Assembly (NCBI RefSeq): GCF_001194135.2
Contig: NC_068988.1
Span: 82,817,837 to 82,881,836, forward strand
Origin: Octopus bimaculoides
Taxonomy: Eukaryota
Length of the DNA stretch: 64,000 bases
Direction of reading: 5' to 3'
Shown here: piece after piece, positions 1 through 15,002 of the stretch
Layout: each line of letters begins with the position of its first letter
Position numbering within the stretch: position 1 is the stretch's first letter
Made by a program: the position numbers and the translations under genes
Notes under the pieces: generated by a model
What the model was told of the DNA's origin: nothing
Seen by the model: only the letters and a program-made list of their open reading frames with translations
Databases searched by the model: none

Positions 1-316
1 ACCGGGCATTGTGAGTGTTTATTGAGCGAAAACACCTAAAGCTCCACGAGGGTCCGGCAGGGGATGGTGGCGAACCCCGCTGTACTCTTTCACCACAACT
101 TTCTCTCACTCTTACTTCCTGTTTCTGTTGTGCCTGTAATTCAAAGGGTCAGCCTTGTCACACTGTGTCACGCTGAATATCCTCAAGAACTACATTAAGG
201 GTACACATGTCTGTGGAGTGCTCAGCCACTTGCACGTTAATTTCATGAGCAGGCTGTTCCGTTGATCGGATCGACTGGAACCCTCGACGTCGTAAGCGAC
301 GGAGTGCCAACAACAA
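1..316 (+). mobile_element. tRNA-derived SINE family A, 5' end cut by the window edge
   Basis: Near-identical to 48579-48895; ends in a (CAA)n tail. Confidence 0.9.
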
Positions 317-421
317 CTGCAATACCAGTTGGTCATGGTGTTATTGTTATCAACAACCCAGGCAACACTGGAGTGCATTGTGTGTGTCGTGTACATTTTG
401 CTTGGACTGGAAAATTGAGTA

Positions 422-1898
422 TCTTACTATAATGGGCGATATGTTCATCTGTCTGTCTGTCTGTTCCCTCTTCACTGTCAAACGGCTGGACCAATGGTTA
501 TGATGTTTTTCGGGATTACAAAGGAGGTAATCAGGAAGGTCTTCAGCAAAAAAAATTTAGTGGATATTGAGTTTTTTATTAATAAATCACTTGATTTTTT
601 TGCTAAAATTCTGGTGCAGATTAACTCTGGATCTCCCTCACTGTATAGTTCATGAATTCAGAGTGCTTAGATTTGCAATAATTTCCCATTGTAGATGGCA
701 GATTTGCCATCTTACTATAATGGGTGTTATGTCTGTCACTTTGTCTGTTCCTTCTTCACGGCCAGATGGCTGGACCAATGGTTACAATATTTTTCAGGGT
801 TACAAAGACAGTCATCAGGGCAGTTTTTAGCATTAAAAAATCAGAAAGTGTGATTATTTCATGGATATCAATTTTTGAATTGATAAACCACCTTTGCATT
901 TTTATTAGAAATTCACTGACTACGAGTAACTCTGGATTTTCATTGTATAGTTTGTGGCCCCATTGTAGATACAAAGGGGGTCACGAGGACAGTTAATAGC
1001 GAAAATAAAATGGAAAAGTGTGTGTGATTATTTAGTGGTTACTGAAATGTGTCAGTCTGGAGCAGGATTCAAAATGGCTAATCAAAGTGGCTGTTGTTTA
1101 CATCTCAGTTTTGTCAATCAAAATAACCCATGGTACCAGAACATCCAGACGTTATTTGCATAGAACAGTGAGAGGTAAGTCTTAGTTTGATTTTTTTGCA
1201 ACCCTAAAGAATCTGCTCATGCATGCACAGTAAACAAAACACAGGGCCAGACTTTAGATCATGTAGGTGTATTTTTACCCACTCCAATGTTTACATTTGT
1301 CCAATGTTTACACATCACTGTGAGTGGAGCAACAGACTCCAGTAATTTGAAAATTGGTGTCAACCAAACAGAAAATATTGTCTACAAAGAAGTTTTGTAA
1401 TCATATTGATATTATCGAAAGGAATATGATTCATAATTTAAATAAGAAAGTTTGTGAATTTTGAATGTATAAGAGTATAAACAAGCATAAAATAGTGTAA
1501 ACAACTAAAATAAAAGTATATCTAAATAGCATTTTTGTCTTAATACTTTTTATGAAGTGGTCGAAAGAAGCTCTGGCTTTCGTTAGGAGTGATCCACATA
1601 ACCATTCATGATACAGAGGCAGGGAGTCTATTTCAGTTTGGGAAAGAATCATCATCACATGTCACTTAGTCACAAACACATGCCATTTAGCTGCAATAGA
1701 ACGTTGTATCACCAACAATAAGGTGATCTCTTAAGACATCACCCAGTAATCTATCAAGTCCATTTACACATTTGTCAATACATACTGCTATTATGACTTC
1801 CCTCTCTCATTTTATGTAGATGGGTAAATTTGCTAGTATATATAATACAATGCAGCTGCAGATCATAACACCCTGACAACACGAGGGTGCATTGCTAG
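422..1898 (+). mobile_element. Non-autonomous Helitron derivative retaining the RepHel helicase C-terminus
   Basis: 5' A|TC at 421-423, repeated at 709-711. 3' hairpin CACCCT..AGGGTG (1869-1889) followed by CTAG|T (1895-1899). Open frame 1221-1400 ACTVNKTQGQTLDHVGVFLPTPMF...NLKI...TENIVYKEVL* matches the Helitron/PIF1 motif T.NK.QGQTL..VG..L and the C-terminal N.VY.EVL. Confidence 0.8.
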
Positions 1899-2097
1899 TG
1901 CTATATAAGTTCAACTTGCAACAAACCAAGTCCGTAACTTGGTTTCAATTTCAAGTTATAGCAATTTCTCTTCATTTAACTAAATGCTTAAAGAAGAACA
2001 AGCCTTTTCCTTTTTTTATTGTAATGTTAGTCTTCATGTCTATCTCTCATAATTAAGAGACACCAACAGTCACACTTAACTGCACCAAAAAAAAGAT

Positions 2098-2540
2098 AGC
2101 TCTTTCTCCTTATCATCATCATCATCTGTTTAACATCCACTTCTCCATTCTTGCATGGCTCACTGGAATTCATTGAGGCAGATTTTCTGTGGTTTGGTGT
2201 CCTTCCTGTCACCAATCCTCATTTTGTTTCTATTCAAAGTAATATTACCCCATGGACAGGTATGCTTTCATGAAAGATTGAAAACAAACACCACCACTTC
2301 TATGACTGACATTTATTTGCAACTCACTATGTCAAGATGAGATATATACACTCATATATACTAGAGGTTTCTTTCAGTTTCCATCTACCAAACCCACTTA
2401 TAAGGCTTTGATCAGCTCAGGTTTATAGTATAAGATGCTTGCCTGGGTTTATAGTACAAGATACCATGCAGTAGGACTGAACCTAAATTCATGTGGTTAG
2501 GAAGCAAATTTCTTAACCATTCAACCATCCCTGCACCTTT
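2098..2540 (-). mobile_element. CORE-type SINE with RTE-like 3' tail (degenerate)
   Basis: On +: (CAT)n-TTTAACATCC tail, then TTTCAGTTTCCATCTACCAAA core and tRNA head complement; same architecture as 17930-18260, 30080-30410 and 40950-41410. Confidence 0.7.
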
Positions 2541-2559
2541 CAGGCTGTTATCAATTATA

Positions 2560-3110
2560 TTCTCATAGCTACAATGGATTGTTCCAGCTGGTATGAGCAA
2601 CTATGGATTACTCCAACTGATAGAGTAGATAATTACCAAGAGTGAGGATGATGAAGAAAACAGTAAAGAGTGAATTAAAAACAAACATATTATTTCTGCA
2701 CTTTTTGAAGAAGGTAAGCTCTTGAGGAAGAAACTGTCCATGGCTTTTTCAGACCCTGCAAAGGCAACAATAGACATCTTATATTGTACAACCATTTGTG
2801 GATAACAGTCAATAATAGACATAATGGACAAAGAGAACTGATAAAATTATAGGTTTGTAAAAGTAGATCAATCATCTAGTATCAATGCAATTTTAAATGT
2901 TCTTAGTTAAACTATTTGCTGTGTTAACATTGTAAATCGGATTCACATCGGCTTATCCGAGGAAAACAATGAATGAAAAAATTATATTTTTTAACATACT
3001 TAATAGAGATTAATACCATTGACTTTTGCAGACTTGTTTCACAAGAGGTACTGCTTTTTACCTTGTCAGGTCTATCTCCTTGACCATGGGTGATGCTAAT
3101 CTTAATCATG
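2560..3110 (-). mobile_element. Highly degenerate RTE-like LINE RT remnant
   Basis: Minus-strand pieces HGQGDRPDK (cf. HKKGD) and VAFAGSEKAMDSF (cf. AF.DYEKAFDS). Confidence 0.45.
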
Positions 3111-3899
3111 TGAAGATTATGTATACAGGAAGGACATTAGCAAGACAAGGAGGGGAATTCCAGATGGCTGCAGTTCTGTGAAGAAAGACTGGATGAAGTG
3201 TTTATTGTGAAGGTTGGTGGGGAGGGGGACAATTGAATAACATAGGATTGGTATATCAAGGATGTGCAGTGAGCTACTTTAGAGGACTAGAAGCTGTTAG
3301 CAATAGGAGAGGAAAAGAGAGGAAACTGTATCTGTGTGAGCCTGTAGTCAAAGTGTATTGGTAATTGAATCATTGCTAGTCAGTTAAATAGCCTTCTTTG
3401 TGGATGTTATCAAAACGTGTGTATTTGTGTATGGAGTAGCTGAATAGTCCTGTCAGATATAGGACCAACAATAAAATATAGCTTTGTTATGTATGTGATG
3501 TGGAGTAGCTGTACCCTCCTAGATATAGAGCTAGTTCTCCAATATGAGATTTGCTTCAGCCTCAAGCCAGCAACTGATTAAGACTGAAGTATTTCCTGGA
3601 CCTAAAGAGGCATTTTATAATTTTTGTTTTTTTTTCGTATTTTTTATGTGACACAGTTTTATAATCATGTTACATATGCAGAGTCATTATTATCAGAGAC
3701 TGTGTGAGATTTAGTTGTGTTCAGGACTGTTTCCTTGTGTGTGCAGTGATAAGAGATTGGCTTGTTATATATCTGTTGAAGGATGTTATCAGGTGTCATT
3801 GCTCTGGGAAACTGTGTATGTGGTGAGATGTTAAAGTGTGCATGACACCTGTTTACAAAATATTAGTTATTAGAGAAGACAGCAAGGAGGTAATTAATG

Positions 3900-5120
3900 A
3901 ACAGGAGAAAATATTTGGGGCATGAGTAAAATTTAGGTAGTGTGCCCCTGTGGCTAGGATATCAAGGTTCTAGGTTCAATTCCTGGACCAGGCAGCATGT
4001 TGTGCCCTTGAGCAAAACTCTTTATTTTCATGTTACTCCTGTATAATCAGCTGTAAACGAAGGACCGTCCTATTGCTAGTGTAACCCTCCTTCCCTCATG
4101 TTGTCACATTCTGGATATTTTGCTGAGTCAAGAGAATCTATGTCTGCTTGCAACTACAAAGATACTTAAAACAATTAATAAAAACATGATGCATGTTACC
4201 AAGTCAGATTGCTGGCTAGTTGTCCTTATAATAGAGTTGGTAGAATTGATGTCAGTGAGAACTATATCAGCAATTCTTGCAACAATGTGGATGAATGGAG
4301 GGTTGGAAACCTTAGCTATGATTTGTTCCAGGTGTTGTATATCTGTATTACTGCAGCACATCTGTGGATAAACTATTTGGGGTTTATGGATATTGATTGT
4401 GTGACAGCTGTGAAGCAACATCCTAATGACTGACACAGCTGCCTGTGATAGGTCATCAGTATAAAACTGATGAAGCTGTGACCAATTAACTGACTTGAAG
4501 TACCAAATGGCTTAAAGGATAAGTAAAGGCATTGGGTTGTAGGAGGCTGTGAGATATGTTGTCTTATTTAGGGAATGATTAGATGTCCCACTTGATGCAG
4601 AAATAGTGATACAAAGATAAAAGTTGGATTTGGAGGTGAGGAACAGATCAAAAGTATTAGGTTTGTCTGTAATATATATAACTAACTAGTACAGGCAGTT
4701 GATAGTGGCTAATGATTCAGTGTAAGAGGAGTTGTGTACACTGAAGTCACAAAAGATGACTTTACTAAGACAGGGGTGTGTGAAGAGAGTAGATAAATTT
4801 AGTGAAATAGGGAAGAGATAGATTTTAAGCCAGAGTAACTGGAAGTCATCATTACTGAAATACAGGATAGAGTGGATTCTAAATGTGCATCTTTGGTCCA
4901 TAACTATAGTACAGAATGTAGTTTGTGCAGCAGGAGGTGGTTTAGTGGTAGCTGATGAGAGATTTGTGTCTTTGAAAGGAATAATATATATGGTTTGTAT
5001 ATTATCTCACAGTAGGCCGCAACTGTGAAGCCTTTGCAAACAGTGGTGTTGTATAAAGTGCAGTTGGAAGTGGTACATAAAGAGGCTATTGTCCTGAAAC
5101 CAGGAACTTGGGCCAAATAC
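3900..5120 (-). mobile_element. Degenerate LINE (CR1/L2/Jockey-like) RT remnant
   Basis: Colinear minus-strand motifs PGFR, HLLLHKL, LYFSNDD (cf. YADD) and HLEQIIAKVS, broken by stops and frameshifts. Confidence 0.4.
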
Positions 5121-5879
5121 TTGCAGAAGAATGAAACGCATTAATGGTATTGATTTGGGTTTTAATAATTTTTCACTTTTTTTTATAGGGTGGTGGAGTT
5201 GATGAAGAGGCAGTGAAGCTTACTATATTGTGTCTAGTTCAGGGTCTTATATTTCTGTGTTCAAATCCAACTGTGGTGAATTTAAACTAGAAAACAACAA
5301 TGTAATTTTCACCTCACAAACATAACAGAAATAATTTTTACAGAAATATGGCCTTGCCTGATTCAACTGTTGTTTGAGTTCCTATTGCCATTAAAGCAAG
5401 ACTTTGAGGGAATTGTCAAACAACATTTCTTGGATTGTATCTCAAGTGAATCCAAAGGTCAACAGTGATCTAACAGCACTTATTAAAATTCCTAGCTCAA
5501 CTGTCTTTCTTGGATAACCACATCCAGATGTCAGTGTTTCATATTTAAAAATCAATGCATCATAATAATTCCATTTTCTTAAAATATAAAAAGAAAGCCT
5601 TTTCATCTTATTTTTGGTGTTTAGTCTATAGTTTTATTAGCTCTGTCAGAGTGCATGAATCTCTGCAACAGTTCATAGTTCTCTTATTTTGCATGTTTGT
5701 GTATATTCTTGCATTCTGTAAATATTTCATTGTTCACTTAGTGGAGACTATGCTAAAACAATCCACAGATATAACCAATTTATTTTCTAGCTACATACTC
5801 TTTGTGTGTATTAACTCAATGACAAGGGAGCCTTTTGTCATTCAATAAATTCATATTGCACTCTTTTCTTGCCTAAAGC

Positions 5880-6893
5880 TTTATTCTGAAACACATGTAC
5901 ATTGAGTTCCAAAGTTTGAATTGTTTCCAAAGGAATTTTTGTCCATTCTTCGGCTAAAACAGTCTCCAGTTCTTGTAGTGATGATTGTGGAGGATATCAA
6001 CTCCATACTTGTTTTTCTAAAATGCACCATAAATGCTCAATAATATTGAGATCTGGGGACTGTGGTGGCCAGATAAGATGTTCGACTTCACTAGAATGTT
6101 CCTCATGCCATTCAGTAACAATTTTAGCTGTGTGAATTGGTGCATTATCATCCGGAAAGATTGCGTTTCCCTCCAGAAACAGTTCTGCAACCATAGGATG
6201 AATTTGATCAGATAAAATGCTTAAATAGTCATGACTATTAATTTTTCCATGAAGGGAAACCATTGGGCTGATGGATTTTCAATATATAGCCCCCACCCCA
6301 GATCATCACAGATCCTCCTCCATGTTTAACAGTTGGAAGAAAGCAGTCTGGGTCAAATGCTTCTTTTGGCTGTCTCCAAATGTATACTCAGCTGGTGATT
6401 TGAAATGAGGTAAAGGATGACTCGTCCAAGAAAATAACATTTTTCCACTGCTCTAGGGACCAATTCTATAGGTTTTTACTCTACTCTAAACACTTTGCGA
6501 TGTATGTTTTTGAAAGTGGTAGTTTTCTGATTGCAGCCCTCCCATGAAATCTGGCCTTGTACAGCTCCCGGTGAACAGTTTTTGTGGAAATTGGGTTCTC
6601 TAGGTGGTCATTAAGCTCTGCAGTAATTTTGGGATCTGTACTTTTGTGATCATTTCTAATAATTCATGTAAGAGTCCGATGGTCCCTATCTGAAAGTTTT
6701 CGATTTCTTCCAGGGTTTTGCTTCGACGAGGAGGCTTTTCCTTCTTTCTCAAAGGCTGTCATTACTTTCGAGACTGTACTTCTTGATACACCAAACATTT
6801 TGGCCGTTTTCATTACGCTAGTGCCTGCCATACGAGCACCAACAATTTGACCTCTTTGGAAGTTCAATAGATCTGTTATTTTAATTAACCTTT
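5880..6893 (-). mobile_element. Tc1-family transposase relic, 5' end lost in the gap
   Basis: N-terminal HTH FQRGQIVGARMAG..V..TAKMFGVSRSTVSKV...GR.RKLSDRD; DDE region IFPDDNAPIHTAK...WPPQSPDLNIIEHLW. Confidence 0.9.
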
Positions 6894-7747
6894 NNNNNNN
6901 NNNNNNNNNNNNNNNNNNNNNNNNNNNNNNNNNNNNNNNNNNNNNNNNNNNNNNNNNNNNNNNNNNNNNNNNNNNNNNNNNNNNNNNNNNNNNNNNNNNN
7001 NNNNNNNNNNNNNNNNNNNNNNNNNNNNNNNNNNNNNNNNNNNNNNNNNNNNNNNNNNNNNNNNNNNNNNNNNNNNNNNNNNNNNNNNNNNNNNNNNNNN
7101 NNNNNNNNNNNNNNNNNNNNNNNNNNNNNNNNNNNNNNNNNNNNNNNNNNNNNNNNNNNNNNNNNNNNNNNNNNNNNNNNNNNNNNNNNNNNNNNNNNNN
7201 NNNNNNNNNNNNNNNNNNNNNNNNNNNNNNNNNNNNNNNNNNNNNNNNNNNNNNNNNNNNNNNNNNNNNNNNNNNNNNNNNNNNNNNNNNNNNNNNNNNN
7301 NNNNNNNNNNNNNNNNNNNNNNNNNNNNNNNNNNNNNNNNNNNNNNNNNNNNNNNNNNNNNNNNNNNNNNNNNNNNNNNNNNNNNNNNNNNNNNNNNNNN
7401 NNNNNNNNNNNNNNNNNNNNNNNNNNNNNNNNNNNNNNNNNNNNNNNNNNNNNNNNNNNNNNNNNNNNNNNNNNNNNNNNNNNNNNNNNNNNNNNNNNNN
7501 NNNNNNNNNNNNNNNNNNNNNNNNNNNNNNNNNNNNNNNNNNNNNNNNNNNNNNNNNNNNNNNNNNNNNNNNNNNNNNNNNNNNNNNNNNNNNNNNNNNN
7601 NNNNNNNNNNNNNNNNNNNNNNNNNNNNNNNNNNNNNNNNNNNNNNNNNNNNNNNNNNNNNNNNNNNNNNNNNNNNNNNNNNNNNNNNNNNNNNNNNNNN
7701 NNNNNNNNNNNNNNNNNNNNNNNNNNNNNNNNNNNNNNNNNNNNNNN
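6894..7747. other. Assembly gap (854 N); others at 40731-40740, 54125-54224 and 63255-63345
   Basis: N runs. Confidence 1.
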
Positions 7748-8854
7748 ATATATATATAATATAAAGATATATATACACACATACACACATGGTCGCTCTA
7801 ATACATTGTTGAATCAACATCAAATTAACCAATTATAATACCTAATTTACAAATTGGGTCAGATGGCTCATAGTTTAACCTTTGCAATGTCTCTTTCATG
7901 CATGTGTGTGTGATGAATGAGCAAAAGCAAGTAAAAACATGGGAGGTACAAGGTTTAACAAAGGTACTATTAGCTTAATACTTGAAAGGAAAAGATCAAC
8001 ATTTTGGACACTATTCCTTCATCACAAAAGAAAAGAGCAAATCGAGTAGAAAGAAGATTAAAAGTTTTCAAAAATCCAAAGAATTGAAGGTTAGGCATAG
8101 TGGAGGGGGGGGAGAGAGAGAGAGAAGGAAGGAGGGAGGGTAAGAAGCGAAAGGGAAGAGAGAGGAAAGAAGGAAGAGATAAGTGGCCACAGAAGATTGG
8201 GTGCAATATACAATGCAGTGAAAAAATGAACAAGTCTGTAAGCATTAAAAATAATGATGAATGAACAAAAACAAGAAAAGCACATGTATATATGTGCATG
8301 TTGCACATACATACCAATACATTGTTGTATTCACATTGAATTAACCAAATACACTCAGACTGTTCTTTTGCAATGCATCTTTTTTGTATTTCGAAAAAGA
8401 GAAACAAAAAGTTAACAAGGAACTGTCTCTGGTTACGCAACTTGCTAGATATTGTAGATAACCTTACTCAAATTAAAACAAACTGTCTTTAAAAATAAGG
8501 ACATGGATAACATTGTCTTAGATATACTGTCAAAAAAAAAAAAATGGTCCCCTACTTGAATGCTTTTAATGATAGGTCTCCTTGATCAGGAGCTGACTTG
8601 GGGCCAATGATGAAAGTCTTTTCAGTAATTTCAAAAAATACAGTATTTAAGACCTTTTTGATGGCATGTTCATAACAAGGAAAACTGCTTGTGATAGGCT
8701 AACATCATATTCAGAATGTTTGTTTCTCATCTTGTTACTGCTGTGGAAAATAGAGGAAAAGACATTGTCTCTGGTCTTTCCTCCTCAGAATTGCAATCTT
8801 CTTAATATATGCACATGGCAAATTGGAAGAACCATTACAATGTTGGATAGACTT

Positions 8855-8985
8855 ATTTGCAGTATTTGTTTCAACTCTGTGTTCTGAGTTCAAATCCCAC
8901 AAAAAAAAAAAAATTAACTTTTCCTTTCATCCTTTCAGGTTTGATAATAATAAAGAAAAAAGTATCAGTCTATGATGGTGGATTT
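8855..8985 (+). mobile_element. Degenerate SINE family C fragment
   Basis: GTTCTGAGTTCAAATCC...CCTTTCATCCTTTCAGGTTTGATAA, similar to the reverse complement of 55460-55690. Confidence 0.55.
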
Positions 8986-9130
8986 GTAGACTTGTTAGTG
9001 TTGAATAGATGCTTTGTAGTAGCTGTTCTGGTTCTGTATCCTGAGTTCAAATTCTGCCCCATTACTGAAAAACTCTTTCAAGAACCAATTGAAACACAGT
9101 TTCTTCTGTTTGATCATAGATCGACTGCAC

Positions 9131-9190
9131 CCATGATGCAGTCCTTGAACCCATGATGCAGTCCTTGAACCCATGATGCAGTCCTTGAAC
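9131..9190. repeat. Perfect tandem repeat, 20 bp x3 (CCATGATGCAGTCCTTGAAC)
   Basis: Three identical adjacent copies, no spacers. Confidence 0.95.
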
Positions 9191-10537
9191 CAAGTGGATC
9201 CTTGTCCAACCATCCAACCCATGCCAGCATGGAACATAGATGAGAGAGAGTTTTCTATATATATTATACTTCATGTATATGTCTTGTTGACAGGCAAGTG
9301 ACTGTAATTTTTCTCCAAGATATAGTCTCTTGTAGATGAGCTGTGTTTAAAAGCATAATGTAATCGGAGAGGGAAAATTATCCTGGCAGCGGCTAATGAG
9401 AATGCTGAATGTTTGTTGGCCTTTTTGGGGGCATTGTCAATGACATGTACTCACAGCTAACTGCATCCTAGACAAGATTTGTCACCTCTGATATAGGAAA
9501 TGGTGAATGACTCATTCATTAGTATTTCAAGTAGGTGTCAGATTGAATAAGTAATCTGATGTTTGCAAGTAAAGTAATATTAAATTAAAATAGCTATGTT
9601 TGTATCATACTTAATGTAAATAGCCATTTATATTTCATACTTAATGTATATGTTCAGTTGATAGGCAGTAACTGTGGGCTTTGATCAAGATAAAATCTCT
9701 TATGGATGAAATGCATCAGACATTCTTGATAGCCATTGCCAGGAGAAATGTTTATCTCAGACAAAAACTGCAGTAACTTGCTTATCAACAGTGTATATAC
9801 ATTAAGTAGATGGCTGTTTTAATATTGTTTCAATTGCACACACCAAATTATAAATATATATATGATGCACACACACACACACACACACACATACACACAC
9901 AGGCATGTTTGTGTGGTTACAAAGTTCATTTCCCAACTATATGGCTTCACGTTTGGTCCCACTGCATGGTACACCCTGATATGACCAAAGCCTTGTGAAA
10001 GAGATTTTTGTGTGTGTCTGTTAATGTCCCCTTATCTTGACATTGCATGATGGTCCTAAATGAATATCATTGTTTCCAATCTTCCATGAAAACATGTCTG
10101 GCCATGGGAAAATATTACCTTGTTTAAAACAGGTGAAGGTTGGCAACATGGAAAAGATGACATTTAAACAAGATGATTTTATAGGAGAGTCCTCAGGTAC
10201 CTCGTACATAGGGTCCTATCAGGAGCAGCTGTCATTAGGCTTTCTGGATGGATTCCTATGTGTGACCAATTGAAACAATGGATATTACCAACCATCTCAT
10301 TCTTGGTCTGTCTCTAGGTCTCCTGCCAGTTGGTTTGGCTTGAAGAATCTGTCTTGCAATTCTTTCCTACAGCATTCTAATCACATGTCTGTAATACTGG
10401 AGTTATGACTTTTCAATGCTGAAAAGTAGCAGCTTGACCTGGAGAGACTCCCTAATTTCTGAGCTTTGAACCCTGTTAAGTAACATTATTCCAGAGACCC
10501 TATAGAGAAACCCCATACACTTTTGTTCATATATACA

Positions 10538-10872
10538 GGTGCAGGAGTGGCTGTGTGGTAAGTAGCTTTCTTACTAACCACATGGTTCCGGGTTCAGTTC
10601 CACTGCATGGCACCTTGGGCAAGTGTCTTCTACTATAGTCTCAGGCTAAGTGAGTGGATTTTGGTAGGCGGAAACTGAAAGAAGCCTATCGTATATATAT
10701 ATGTGTGTCTGTGTTTGTCCCCCCACCATTGCTTGACAACCGATGGTGGCGTGTCTACATCCCCGTAACTTAGTGGTTCAGCAAAAGAAACCAATAGAAC
10801 AAGTATTAGGCTTACAAAGAATAAGTCCTGGGGGCGATTTGTTCAACTAAAGACGGTGCTCCAGCATGGCCA
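10538..10872 (+). mobile_element. CORE-type tRNA SINE family B (non-RTE tail)
   Basis: GGTGCAGGAGTGGCTGTGTGGTAAG head, GGTTCAGTTCC B box, GCACCTTGGGCAAGTG core, (TG)n, tail ending GGTGCTCCAGCATGGCC; second copy at 38095-38480. Confidence 0.85.
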
Positions 10873-11585
10873 CCCCTTCACACTTCTTTCTTTTGCTCCC
10901 CCTCTCTCACATTTCCTGGTCTTCCCTTCATTCTCACCTTCCCTTCTCTTTCACTTCACTCTGTCCCTTTTCTTTTTTCTCGTCCCTCCCTAATTCTTCT
11001 TTCCCTCTACCTCCCTCCTCTCCTTCCATGTGACCGGTGTTTGGCCAAGCCTGACCTTTCTTTCTTGGTTCAACTACCATCTGTGCAACATCTATATTCC
11101 TTCCCATGCCTGTCATCTCTTATGTCCCTGCCATAAAGCTTTACTTCCACACACACCAGCTTAATTTAATTTGTCCTTAGTCGAAAGACACTTGTTGTTA
11201 ATGTCCTGTTTGCATTTGTATTTGTGTACCATCTCTCCATTTTTTTTCCCTTCCTTGTTTTTGTATACATTCACTGCTTTCTTCCAAGGGATCTCATGCT
11301 CTTAGCTTAGATTTTCCTTGGGGCTGGCCAGATTGGAGCAGTCTCGAGTATAACCAGACAAAACTGCAAAGATAATCTGGAACTCGACTGACAAAGGAAA
11401 ATTCTGAATGACCCGCCTTGTCTTTTCTTGTCCCTTTTGTATCATCTAACTGTCTAGATGTTTTGTTGTTCCTTTTTTGTATCATCTAATTGTTTGGATG
11501 TTTTGCGTTCTTGTCCCGTTTTTGTATTCTTTTTTCATATACATATAGTGGCATACGTATACTTAGGTCTATATATATATATTTA

Positions 11586-12542
<957 letters not shown>

Positions 12543-12677
12543 TGTTCTCCAAAACATATCTCACTCCTCCTTGGAATTAACACCCACACAAGTGTGATTA
12601 CTAATTCCTTAGGCGTTTATGTGACATTTGGGTACCTTGTAACTGTTCCTCTGGATCTTTCCTTGTAAATTGAACAT

Positions 12678-12727
<50 letters not shown>

Positions 12728-14963
12728 TTGTCATCATCCTTTAACGTCCTTTATCCATGCTGGCATGGGTTGAATAGTTTGACCATAGAGCTGCACTGGC
12801 TTCTAGTCTGATTTGGCTTGGTTTCTATGGCTGGATGCCCTTCCTTATGCTAACTGCTTAACAGTGTGTGCCGGGTGCTTTTAACATGGCACCAGCATGA
12901 GGTGTGTGTGTATTTATAGATATGTATAAACTTCTGGAATCCATATCATAAAAGGATTCTTCATCATAAATACACAGTTGGTTGACATGATATTGTTTTA
13001 GATTAAATGTTTGTCTTTCAAATTCCAATTCCAAATGGGTTTGACTTTGTCTCTCTTCCTTCTAAAATCAATAAAATGAGTGTCAGTTGTATACACTAGT
13101 ATTGATCAGTTGACTGTATATCTTTTTCCCATAAAATGTTTTTCTCTCAGTGTATCTGGGTAACAGAAGTCATAGTGAATCTGAGATTCACCTTAAAAAA
13201 AAAAGTATCTACCAAAAATGAAATTACTTCCTTAAAATTCAATTATTAACTAAAGTTTATGTTTTTGTTTAGTCTTTCAGCTAAAAACAAATTTATAGAA
13301 GTGTTTATCTGCAGTATGCATTGTATAATAGATGAGGATAACTGCTTTTTGGTTTTCTCTTTAATCTATTTAAGTTACCGTTTGATGATTAATTGTGTGT
13401 GTGTGTGTGTGTAGATTTAGAGAAGATTTTTTACAAACAACTCTTAAATATTCACAATCTTAACCATCTGTATATATATAATCCATTAGTTGTGATCTGA
13501 AACAACACTAGCCAGTGATATATAATGTGTATTGTGAGCAAAATAGTGCAGGGTTCCATATTGGATAAATTATGTAGAGTGTTTGAGGTTTTTATAGCTG
13601 TGTGAGGCTGTAGATATTACATCTGCCATAACATGAAGACACCAAATTAAATTTTATCAATAGATTCCTATATTTCTAGATGAAAGAACTTATAGTCATT
13701 AACAAAGTTAAATACAGATATCGTTAAACGTCTATAAGTTGATTAAAGTAAAGACTATCAAGTCACTTTGACCTCTGGTGTCCTTGTGGAACATCTACAA
13801 GGCTTCTGTAGTAATAGTTTGTTTTTACCCTCCTCCAGAGTTCAATCTGCTCCTACGATAGTACACTGAACTTGGTCCATCCTGTGTACTTCTGTATAAC
13901 TTCCATCTACCAAATTCCACTCATAAGGCATTGGTTAGTTGAAGTTTACAGATAAAGATATTTGCTCATGGTGTTGCACCATGGGATTGAACCTAGAACT
14001 GTATGACTGCAAAGCAAACTTCTTACCCACATAGCCAGACCTGTTGTCTGATTAATAGTATTTAGAGAGTGGTTTACTACTGGCCCTGCACATAGACTTG
14101 TTCAATTATATAATGATATTTGTCATAGTTTATGTTGTATTTTGTTTTTGGTTTGTTTAATGGAATATGATTTATTTCTCTCTATAATTATCACCATTGA
14201 AAACAATAGTGTTTATTGAATTCTGATATTACCATATTTCTGTTGAAATATACTGTTTTTCTCTTCAATTTTGAAAATAATGAGGAATTCATTGGAATAA
14301 CTTTGAGGTTTGGAGCAAATTAACATGGAATTTTGATGGAAAGTTTTAATTTTGATCACTTTAAAACAGGGATTTGTATCATAGAACTAGAGGCAGTCTG
14401 TGACTGAGTGTTATTAAAAGGGCTAATTATATTTTATTTATATTTGAAATTAAACAACATCTTTTGTGTTGAATTTAATTTGTCAAAGTAAATTAGTTTC
14501 TAAATATATTTTGTTGTCTTAAATTATATATTTGTTTACATGTAATTATGAACTTAAATGATAATTTATGTTAACGCTTCCATGTCAGTTTTATTTCTTT
14601 TTCTAGGATTTGATGTCTCCTTCATCTTTAAAATCTATGGTATATCTAACATTTTTTCTTGCTGTTCCCCTTGCCTAATAAAAAAAAATGAAATTAGTTT
14701 GCCTGAATGTCACAGTTGTTACTCCATCACATGTAGTTCTGTATGAAACACTGCCCTTTCTGCACCAGTCTTTTACAGTAGTATACTCAAGCCTTGTCGC
14801 TAATGTACACCTTACTGCTAATTAATACGCAGTAAGAATATTCACACACTGCTCAGTCTTATTGATGAATACTCTGTGACTACAGACAACATTCTTGTAA
14901 TGGTTATGAATAACTCCTCTTTTAATTGATTATTTTTCTTTTCTTTTTATATATTTGTTTTTG

Positions 14964-15002
<39 letters not shown>

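Noticed and set aside
2412-2600. IPAGTIH cupin-like motif
   Set aside because: Short match at a SINE/LINE remnant junction, no exon context.
4954-4985. Other CTGANGA...GAAA strings (4954 +, ~790-818 -, 39821 +, 63915-63940 -)
   Set aside because: No stem II/III pairing or no matching stem I; consistent with chance in AT-rich DNA.
6664-7832. 300-374 aa ORFs in the track
   Set aside because: They run through an N gap; only 6664-6890 is real (Tc1 N-terminus).
9131-9190. CRISPR-like repeats
   Set aside because: No spacers, eukaryotic context, no cas genes.
12545-12625. GGAATTA...TAATTCC hairpin as a hammerhead stem II
   Set aside because: Neither catalytic core box is recognisable.
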